A stretch of 64,000 nt of DNA from Desulfatiglandales bacterium (GTDB lineage Bacteria > Desulfobacterota > DSM-4660 > Desulfatiglandales > Desulfatiglandaceae). How positions within the stretch are numbered: position 1 is the stretch's first letter; each line of letters begins with the position of its first letter. The position numbers and the translations under genes are program-made. This document shows, one piece after another, positions 19,060 through 27,264 of this stretch. A model generated the notes under the pieces. It did not search any database, was not told the DNA's origin, and saw only the letters and a list, made by a program, of their open reading frames with translations. Location of the stretch: positions 1,664,001 through 1,728,000 of the forward strand of contig OY759599.1 of assembly GCA_963662465.1 (NCBI GenBank). Direction: 5' to 3'.

Positions 19060-21930
19060 CTATTTGGCCCGAATGATCCCAGATCGTATGACAGTCTTGT
19101 CTTTGGCTGTGAATGTCCCCTTTATCTCAGTCACGCCGCCTTGGTTGTTGTTAAAGTCGGCATCATAGCCAAACTCGATATACAGGGTTTTTCCTGCATC
19201 TACGGTTGTATCGGCGGAAAGATTTCCTGCCACTTTTATCAAAGTGTCGCTCTTCACGGAACTTACGGCCTCACTGAGGGTTGAATAACAGGGATTATTG
19301 TCCCCGCACCCGTCAGCACTCACATATGCCATATCCTGATCCCTGTAGGTCGCTGTCACTATCACATTTGCCGCCGGCATGGTAATGGTTGTGGGGGTGC
19401 TGTTCATATCCGCCACGTGGGCCGTGTCTCCGGTCCACTGCTCAAAGACCTTGCCTGCCGCCGGATTATGAGCCGAAATATTCACTACTGTTCCTGCTTC
19501 ATACTGGCCGCTCCCCGTGCCATTCACAACGGTCAGAGCAAACTGTTTCTCCGGATCGTCCTTGTATGTGGCTGTCACCGTCACATCGGCCGCGGGCATG
19601 GTGACTGTGGTATTCGCGCTGTTGAAATCCGCGACAAAACCGGCGCCCCCGGTCCATTGGTCAAAGATCCGGCCCGCGGACGGGGCGTTGGCCGATATGT
19701 TTACCTCTGCTCCCGCTTCATACGGGCCGCTTCCCGTGCCATTCACCACATTCAGGGTGAAAAGTTCGACTACCGGGGCGCATTGTGAAAACTCGGAAGT
19801 GCTGTTATACGTCTGACCGCTGTATACGGCGGGTTGGGTGGCAGTGGCTGTGATGAAATGTCCCGGTGGAACTGCGACCGAAAACACCACATCAAAAGTG
19901 CCCTGCCCATCCAATTCCGTCTGGATCTCGGTGGCGCCCAGAAACGTTTCGCCTTCCCCGTACCCGGAACCATCGCAGGAAGGGTTGGCAAAAAATTCCA
20001 ACCGAAAACGACGGTCCGTCCCGAGGGAGCTGTTGAGTGATCCTTTGATTTTAGTGATGCTGCCGTCGCTCCCTGCTAAAGTCACGGTTGGAAAATTCTG
20101 AAGATCGTTTCCACCATTATCCGAATCATCCAGGTCATTTAAGGTAACGCCTCGTAATCCTCCCAGAATTTCAGGGATGGGCAACAGGTCTATTCCCAAT
20201 TGAGCATTTGCAAAAATGGCATTGCCCTTGATATCCCAGCCGTCGCCGCTGTCAACGAGTACACCTGCTTTGCCGTTGAAGGCGATGGTGTTTCCCTCTA
20301 TCAAACTGCCGGTGCCGTCTGCCGCATAGACACCGTCTGCGGAGTTGCCCAGGTCTCCTGAGCCGCCTTGGTCCGTCCCAATACGGTTGTTCTGGATCAC
20401 GTTGCCTTCCGTGCCTGCCCCTTCGATTCGCACCCCACAGCCGTCATTGCCCGATATGATGTTATCCTGGATCGTATTGTAGGCCACATCGCCGTCAAGA
20501 AGCACGCCCGAGCCGTTACCCAATTTCTTTGTCCCAGCAGGGTCCGTTCCGATGAAGTTGTTCTTGATTTGGTTGTTCTTGGGGCTGGGATCGGGGTTCC
20601 CTAAATCAGGCCCCCCACTGCCTGCACCCTCTATCCAAACGCCGGTCTCAGAATTGCCCGAAATCACGTTGGCCTCGACAATATTGTCCGAGTTGTTGAA
20701 AATGCGCACCCCAGCCTCTCCGTTGGGGAGCTTCTGGGTTCCGGCCTTGTTCGTACCAATGTAGTTGCTTTCAACACGATTTTTGCCGCTGACAGGTTCG
20801 CCTTGAGGCTCTCCGGAGATCTGGACGCCGTGCTTGCCATTGCCGGATATGATATTGTTCTTGATGCTGTTCTCGGATAGAAAAGAAAAAATGGTTACGC
20901 CGTTTTCGCCGTTAGGGACGGCCAAGGCGCCTGAGACGTCCGTGCCGATGGTGTTGTCTTCCACCCGGTTGGATGCCGACCCGTCGCCAATAATCACGCC
21001 ATGACCATTACCCGAGATGACGTTGTTGCGGATGACATTCTGAGCGGAATTTTCGATCCAGATGCCCACATCGTTGCCCATTGGGCCGTCACCCGCTGCA
21101 TTCGTGCCGACGTAACTGCCTTCAACCGTATTGCCGTCCCCCGTTTTCAGGATGATTCCCATCTCGGGAAAGCCGTTGATAACGAAACCTTTCACCGTGC
21201 TGGCGCCGGCGGTAATCACCAGACCATCGCCGTCGGCGCCGATGCCGGCCCCATTCAACTCGACCTTACCGCCTCCGGGCTGGGTGGCGCCGTCAATGAA
21301 CACGGGGTCGGTCACCTCCGGCAGGGGAGTGGCGGGCTGGATCTTGGGGACGCCCTCACCAGGAATGTCGAAGGTGATGGTGTCCTGCCCCGCCCTGGCG
21401 TTGGCTTCCTGGATCGCGGCCCGAAGGGTGCATTCGTTACCGCCATCCACGATGTTGCCCGTAAAACACATGTTGTCATTCGGATCGGCATCATCGTCGT
21501 CGCCCGTGGAATTGACCTGAAGTCCAAATGTTAAATAGTAGGTATGAGTCGTATAATAGCAGCAGCAGGCCTGCTCGACATTGTTCTGCCCGCACTCAAG
21601 ATAAAGCGAACCGTCAGGAAAATCCCCGGAAAGTGTAAGGACAGAATAGTCCACATAACAGGTGTTGAGATCGGTCTCTGTCACCCGGATTCCGTCTATC
21701 GTGTCATTCACTGAAAAAGACGTAGTTTTGGTTACGTGTCCTTCGCCTGGCACAGAATGAACATTGATCCAATTTCCGTCCTTCAGTTTCTGAAAAATAA
21801 CGGTGCTGCGGCAGTCATTACTCCAACCAACCCTGTAGGTGGCGTCAACGCTTCCAACCCACTTGGATGCATTTCCAATTGCCGGAACACACAGGAGAAC
21901 CAACCCCAGTAAAAAGGCCACTTGTCTCAT
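19060..21930 (-). CDS. Secreted CSLREA-like + right-handed beta-helix protein with two InlB-B-like repeats and the shared C-terminal domain
   Basis: Signal peptide; VNSTGDD...CTLRAAIQEAN; repeated NxISGN / NxIGT; TSEFS; CTD ending RSGIIRAK; RBS AAGGAGG. Confidence 0.88.
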   Translation of the reverse strand: MRQVAFLLGLVLLCVPAIGNASKWVGSVDATYRVGWSNDCRSTVIFQKLKDGNWINVHSVPGEGHVTKTTSFSVNDTIDGIRVTETDLNTCYVDYSVLTLSGDFPDGSLYLECGQNNVEQACCCYYTTHTYYLTFGLQVNSTGDDDDADPNDNMCFTGNIVDGGNECTLRAAIQEANARAGQDTITFDIPGEGVPKIQPATPLPEVTDPVFIDGATQPGGGKVELNGAGIGADGDGLVITAGASTVKGFVINGFPEMGIILKTGDGNTVEGSYVGTNAAGDGPMGNDVGIWIENSAQNVIRNNVISGNGHGVIIGDGSASNRVEDNTIGTDVSGALAVPNGENGVTIFSFLSENSIKNNIISGNGKHGVQISGEPQGEPVSGKNRVESNYIGTNKAGTQKLPNGEAGVRIFNNSDNIVEANVISGNSETGVWIEGAGSGGPDLGNPDPSPKNNQIKNNFIGTDPAGTKKLGNGSGVLLDGDVAYNTIQDNIISGNDGCGVRIEGAGTEGNVIQNNRIGTDQGGSGDLGNSADGVYAADGTGSLIEGNTIAFNGKAGVLVDSGDGWDIKGNAIFANAQLGIDLLPIPEILGGLRGVTLNDLDDSDNGGNDLQNFPTVTLAGSDGSITKIKGSLNSSLGTDRRFRLEFFANPSCDGSGYGEGETFLGATEIQTELDGQGTFDVVFSVAVPPGHFITATATQPAVYSGQTYNSTSEFSQCAPVVELFTLNVVNGTGSGPYEAGAEVNISANAPSAGRIFDQWTGGAGFVADFNSANTTVTMPAADVTVTATYKDDPEKQFALTVVNGTGSGQYEAGTVVNISAHNPAAGKVFEQWTGDTAHVADMNSTPTTITMPAANVIVTATYRDQDMAYVSADGCGDNNPCYSTLSEAVSSVKSDTLIKVAGNLSADTTVDAGKTLYIEFGYDADFNNNQGGVTEIKGTFTAKDKTVIRSGIIRAK

Positions 21931-21944
21931 TGGCAACCTCCTTA

Positions 21945-22180
21945 TCGAAATGAATCACGGGCCGACTGTCCATAAAGACATACTTGATCTTCCGGCCGCT
22001 CTGATCAGAAGAACACAGGGTGAAAAAATCGCCGAATTTTTCGCTTTTGATGGTGGTTTCCATGGGTTAGATGTTGACAAAAATCATTTCATTTTGCAAG
22101 CAAAAATTCGAAAATTTTTTCTCAAGAATTTCAGAACGTTAAAAACCCAAAGACCCGAGACGCACACGTTTACTTGAGAA
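21945..22180 (-). pseudogene. 5' remnant of the unclassified transposase family (same type as 38885-39545)
   Basis: METTIKSEKFGDFFTLCSSDQSGRKIKYVFMDSRPVIHFD aligns with MEISTKSENFGNFFTLCSPDDRNRKIKYVFIDRRPVIHFD. Confidence 0.75.
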
Positions 22181-22186
22181 ACCGCC

Positions 22187-22377
22187 ATGCAGTTATTTCA
22201 GATATTCTTCCTATGGAAAAGAGGCGCCTACACCAACGGGGAACTTGGAGACATCTTCGGTATTACCTATACGGTCGTCAGCCATATCGTGAAGCAGGTG
22301 AAAGAGAGGCTGAAAACAGATCAAAATTTTCAGGCGAAGTGCAAAACACTCAATTCACAAATCAAGATGATGACCCC
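22187..22377 (+). pseudogene. C-terminal remnant of a REP-associated tyrosine transposase (RAYT)-like gene
   Basis: HTH-like YTNGELGDIFGITYTVVSHIV...LNSQIKM followed by TGACCCC. Confidence 0.55.
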
Positions 22378-22439
22378 ATTTCCCGTTCGTTCTGGTCGGT
22401 CCATAATGCACTTCCGCGCGCCTGAACCTGAAAGCCCCC

Positions 22440-22916
22440 CTATTTCCCCCGCAGGGTCCCCGATCGAATAATGGTTTTGTCTTTCGCAACGAACTGGCCG
22501 TTGATTTCGGTGACACCGATGTTGGATTCAAAGGCGGAATCATACCCCCACTCAAAGTAGAGGGTTTTTCCGGTATCCACGGTGGCGCCCTCAAAACTTT
22601 CCGCAGCCACCTTGATGAGGGTATTGTCCACGGCATCGCTGATCGCTTCAGCCAGGGTGTGGTAGCACGGCGCATTCCCCCCGCAGTTCCCCGTACTCAC
22701 ATATGCGGTTGATGCGAGCGCCTGCGTCACGTCCCTTACAATCAGGTTTCCGCCCGCATCATAGCTGTATGCAATACTTTTGTCACCGCCGTAATCGGCT
22801 TTGGCCAGGCGGCCGGCATTGTCATAGGTATAGGTGATGTTCACAGCCTGGGCCGGAAGCGCCGCCAGCAGGCAGATGCCCATAAGCAGGCATGTGATGA
22901 TACATTTTGTTTTCAT
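22440..22916 (-). CDS. Small secreted mini-YD-repeat protein with the shared C-terminal domain (start may be 22931)
   Basis: Signal peptide ending LPAQA; ITYTYDNAGRLAKADYGGDKSIAYSYDAGGNL; CTD AYVSTGNCGGNAPCY...RSGTLRGK. Confidence 0.85.
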   Translation of the reverse strand: MKTKCIITCLLMGICLLAALPAQAVNITYTYDNAGRLAKADYGGDKSIAYSYDAGGNLIVRDVTQALASTAYVSTGNCGGNAPCYHTLAEAISDAVDNTLIKVAAESFEGATVDTGKTLYFEWGYDSAFESNIGVTEINGQFVAKDKTIIRSGTLRGK

Positions 22917-22956
22917 AATGATCGTCTCCATTTGATGGTCAATCGTTCGTTTTCGT

Positions 22957-25259
22957 TCATCTACCCTGCAATGCAGGCACCAGCCAATAGGTAACCGGTT
23001 TCCCGCAAATGGGTCGGAGCACCTGCTCGAGCATCTCTATGCGTTTCTTCCGCTTTTCATCCTCATCCACCTCACGGTGCACAGCCGCTATTTGGGCATC
23101 CATTTCCATGTCCTTGTGAATGTCTTGCAAAATATCGGCGTGAAAGCCGCTGTAAGTCGGAGGGAATCCGTTTTGAGCCAGTCCAGCTAATATTTGCCTG
23201 CGAATTTTCTTCTTTTCTTCTTTCCACTTATTGTACTCTTCTTCTCGCTTTCTTTTCGCTTCTTCTTGCTTGATGAGCTTGTTACGGGCTCTTTTCACCA
23301 GTTCTCTGAGAGTTCTGGCCTCGGTCACCAGATCCTCGGGGTGCACTGAAGACGTAATTCCAATAAAGGCCTTCGGATTCGCTATGATTTCCGCTGCAAT
23401 TTCATCCATCTCGACCAGTCTCTCTGCGTCTGCCCACTCTTGAAAACCGGCGTCACTACCGTAACCATCTATCGGTTCTATGGGCGACCTCATGCCTTGG
23501 GGCAAACATTCCTTCCAGACATCCATACCACGACCAAAATACCCTTCGCTGATGACAACGGAAACATCCAGCCCATCGGCATCCAGGAGATTGACCGGAT
23601 CGGAGTAGGCGTAGTTGTACACATTGAGGCCTGCCGGGTTGGTCAAATCCGGCCACTCCGGCTCAGGCGAAATGAAATGACCGCTCTCGGGGTGCTAGAA
23701 GCGGGCGCCATGGCGATAGAGGCTGTCCACACCCAAAACCGCGTGGCACCCGAGTTGTCCCAGGAATTGAAATGGCGGCGTTTCGGTCCCTCCGGGTTGA
23801 CCATTCGGCCGTATGGCGTGTAGCCGAAGCGCCCGGTAACGGCACCGTCTCCGTCGGTGGTAGCCACAGTGGAGCCCCGCTGATCGAAATGGTAATACAC
23901 CGCTTCGCTGGTTCCGGCAGTGGGGATGCGAATAGAATAGATAAGCCCCCATCCCGGGGCCACGGCCTGAATCCACTGTTGTCGGCCCTCGGTGATTTGC
24001 AGGGGCAATTGTGTGCTGATGGCGGTGCAGTAGGCATAGGAGACGGTTTCTCCGGACAGGGTGGTCTCTACAAGACGGTTCAGGCCGTTATAGCGGTTTA
24101 CTGCATCGTTGATGCCCGTGAGGTGCGAAAGCCCGTTCCATGTACAGGTCAGGGAAGGGGCCTTGGTCATTCGTCCTCGAAGGTCCATAGCCGTAATCCG
24201 CCCCGGCCACCTGACTCATGGCGTTATACGGGAGAGTCTGCCGGTTTTCCGTAAGGGTATCAACCACATCCACGGGCAAATCGCCCGTTACGGAGGTGAT
24301 CCGTCCGATCGCGTCGAAAGTATAATTTACGTCAGTGAAGTCACCGTCCTGAATGGAGGTGCGTTTGCCGGACCCCTCATTGTCCCAGACGAAAGTGCTC
24401 TTTACGTCGTTCTTGCGGGTGATTTGGGTGATTCGGCCGGCGGCGTCGTAGCTGAAGCCGGCGGATCCCAGGCCCAGGGAATCGGTCATTGAAGCCAGAT
24501 AACCTGTGTCGGGGTCATAGGTGTAGATGAAGGTGATGTTATCGTTGGCGTCCGTCTGTTTTACGACCACGGGAATGAACATGCTGCCGCCGGTGCCGTG
24601 AACCTGCACACTGTCGTACTCCGATGTGTAGGGAATGGTTCCCCGGGGAGTGGTCATGGCGGTGAGGCGGTTGCTGCCGTCATAGGCAAATGTGGCAGCG
24701 TTGCCTTCGGGGTTGACCATGGATGTGAGATATCCGCCGGTGTAGGAAAATGTCCAGGACAGCGCCGGCGTGGTGTCCGTCGTAATGGCGGTCACCACCT
24801 ATTTATCGCTCACTTTCTGCATGGTAAAATCGATCTTTTGGCCGGAGGAACTCTCAATAGAAACCAGTCCGGGAAAGGACTTGCCGGCAAATGCGTTGTA
24901 GGTATAAGTCAGCGAGTTGCCGGCGCGATCCATTTTCTTGCGACACAGGTACAAAAAGTCGTTGTAGTTCTCAAAATAGAAAACCGTATTGTCCGCGGGA
25001 TTTTTCAAAAAAAAGTGATCCCCCGCAGCCTTGAGCTCATAGGGCCAGGCAGATAGAACAGGGGAAGGGTCATCAACTCCTCTCCGGTGGCGGCGGACAC
25101 CGGGTCTCCCACTTTGGGGGTCTTGTCCGGCTGGTGGTTGAGACCGTCAGCGGTGTTGCACATCCCGCTTGAGGCGAAACCCAGAATCAACATCAGGATC
25201 AACCAGCGGGTGAACAGGGCAGGGTTTGCAAATTTGCGAATTTTCATGGTTAGCCTCAT
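22957..25259 (-). pseudogene. Degraded secreted RHS protein (signal peptide, DUF6531-like region, YD repeats, core, helical tip)
   Basis: Fragments in several frames: GDPVSAATGE..LPLFYLPGP; YD repeats; YYHFDQRGS; GARF*HPESGHFISPEPEWP...YAYSDPVNLLDADG with an in-frame TAG at 23695-23697. Confidence 0.85.
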
Positions 25260-25391
25260 ACAACCTCCATTGATTACAAGAACATATAAACAATCATAAC
25301 CTTTTGGATCTGACAATTTTTAGGCCTACCACAAAAAAACAACTGAGTGCAACTATCGGATTCAACAGGCAAGGGAGGATTGGAGGAAGCG

Positions 25392-26168
25392 TTAGTCAAA
25401 GGGATTGGCGGGAATAAGTCCGTGAGCAATGGCCAGGGCCACGGCATGGGTGGTGTTTACGGTGTCGAGCTTGGCGCTCGAATTCTTGAAGTGAAAGCGC
25501 ACCGTACTCTCGCTTATGGAAAGAATCATGGCAATTTCAGCGGCAGTTTTGCCCTGGGCCGCCCAGAGCAGGCATTCACATTCCCGAAGGGATAACTCTA
25601 TTCGAATTGTCTTGTGCACCAGCGCTTTCCAGCGTTCATGAAAAAATACGGCTCCGGCGTACGCGGTATTCGTCACCAAGGCCAATTGCATGTGCAGTTT
25701 TATCGGATTGTGATACCGCGACATCAGGATCAGGCCGCAGCGACGATCCGGCGTGTCCAAAGCGCAGATGAGAGAATAAGCCACGGAAGGGTCATCCAGA
25801 ACCTCCTCCGGTCGTCCCGGAGGGGGCTTGCCGGTGACGGATTTAAAGGCTTCATAGGGCGTGAAAGGCCCCTGATCGCCCGTAACCAACCGAATCAATA
25901 TAGGGTTTCCTCCAAAAATGCGGCTTTTGATCAGGCCGGCCAGGGCCTTTTGATCCGTGCAATGCAGCAACACGCTTTCAAAAAACCTGCCTACATCCGG
26001 TCGCTTGTGGGGTATGCTGGGAATGGAGGTATAGATGAAGCCCTTGAAATGCAAGTTTTCCAAGAAATCCGAAAATTCCCGGCAAAGCCCGGCCATATCA
26101 GAGGCCTTCACAGCCCGCTGAATAAGGTCATTTAAAATGCGTTCTTTTCTTATTTTGATGCGTATCAT
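25392..26168 (-). CDS. LuxR-family regulator with an autoinducer-binding-like N-terminus (LuxR solo)
   Basis: LSLRECECLLWAAQGKTAAEIAMILSISESTVRFH HTH; no luxI gene nearby. Confidence 0.8.
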   Translation of the reverse strand: MIRIKIRKERILNDLIQRAVKASDMAGLCREFSDFLENLHFKGFIYTSIPSIPHKRPDVGRFFESVLLHCTDQKALAGLIKSRIFGGNPILIRLVTGDQGPFTPYEAFKSVTGKPPPGRPEEVLDDPSVAYSLICALDTPDRRCGLILMSRYHNPIKLHMQLALVTNTAYAGAVFFHERWKALVHKTIRIELSLRECECLLWAAQGKTAAEIAMILSISESTVRFHFKNSSAKLDTVNTTHAVALAIAHGLIPANPFD

Positions 26169-26356
26169 GAGAGAACCTTGAATAGGATCGTTGTTTGTCA
26201 GCTGTATTGAACATTGTAGGTTGACGACTGGCTCGATCCATTTTTATTTCATCCCTGCTTCCAGTGAAAAGGTCCCGCATTTTTGCCAAAAGCCTGGGAA
26301 ATGTCAAGAGGACAACGGGGGAAGAGCATGCTAAACAGTCCACTTGGGAGGAAGAG

Positions 26357-26660
26357 ATGGCGAGACCCTGGAGAATTCAGTATGCGGGCGCCTATTACCA
26401 CGTGCTTGCGCGAGGAAACGAAGGGCGCAATATCTTCCGTGGCGATGAAGACCGGAAGATGTTTTTGGAAACACCGGGCGAGACCTGCGATCGCTTTGAT
26501 GTTGAAATATATGCATTTGTGCTCATGAGCAACCACTGTCATCTTTTGCTTCAAACCAGGTCTGCCAATCTGTCCAGAACCATACAATGGTTCGGGGTCA
26601 CCTACAAAGGTGACACGCCCCACCGTGAGATTCCCCAACAGAGGGGGGTCGTGGGAAAAT
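26357..26660 (+). pseudogene. N-terminal RAYT (Y1 HUH transposase) fragment with an internal deletion
   Basis: MARPWRIQYAGAYYHVLARGN...YAFVLMSNHCHLL, then a jump to HREIPQQR. Confidence 0.8.
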
Positions 26661-26985
26661 TGGGCTTTAATCTTCCCGCAGGCCTCCACTCCGTCCATAC
26701 CCGGGAGCTGGACCTTTATAAGTACGAGGTCCGGGGCCAGGTCCTCCGCAAAGGCCACGGCGTCCGGACCGTTTGCGGCCATGCCCACGACAACGGCCAT
26801 TCAGTTCTCTTCCAGGTGGGCCTTCAGGACACGCCGAAAAAGGGGGGAATCATCAGCGATGAGGGTGCGGATACGGTGCATGTTGGATAAGGCCTTCCAA
26901 ATTGAAGTTGATGCGTCAGGACTCAATTGCCGAGCTGGATCATTTCAATCCCGGGCAGGAATGTCAATCGGGTGAATCCTGTATT
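26660..26985 (-). pseudogene. Truncated copy of the pseudo-receiver gene plus promoter cassette, copy 2
   Basis: Near-identical to 15217-15541 and cut by the RAYT fragment. Confidence 0.85.
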
Positions 26986-26993
26986 AAGGAGAA

Positions 26994-27119
26994 ATGACCA
27001 GCATGAACTATGCAATCACCGATGGCAGGTGTTATGATCCTCAGGCCAATAGCTGGACCCCGATCGTGCCCAACAATGCCTGGCCCAGTCCCCGTATCGA
27101 TTACAGCAAGCGAGCCTGA
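26994..27119 (+). pseudogene. Single Kelch-repeat-like fragment
   Basis: DGRCYDPQANSWTPIVPNNAWPSPR. Confidence 0.4.
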
Positions 27120-27264
27120 AGGCGCACCTGCCACACCTTTCATAGATCATGCAAAATCATTGCATTCACCCCTTAAATTCAGATGTTGCCTGATCGGCAT
27201 GATGTTTCAATGTTATCCGAGCATTGACCGGACAACCGCGTCCCCCGGTCTCCCTGTCCCAAAA

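Noticed and set aside
9947..19350. Diversity-generating retroelement (TR/VR pair) suggested by near-identical C-terminal DNA
   Set aside because: Differences are not adenine-specific and many are synonymous; both copies are coding, and there is no RT gene in the window.
10813..25259. T6SS or Tc-toxin RHS effectors
   Set aside because: Both have Sec-type signal peptides, and no PAAR, VgrG, EagR or TcA/TcB genes are in the window.
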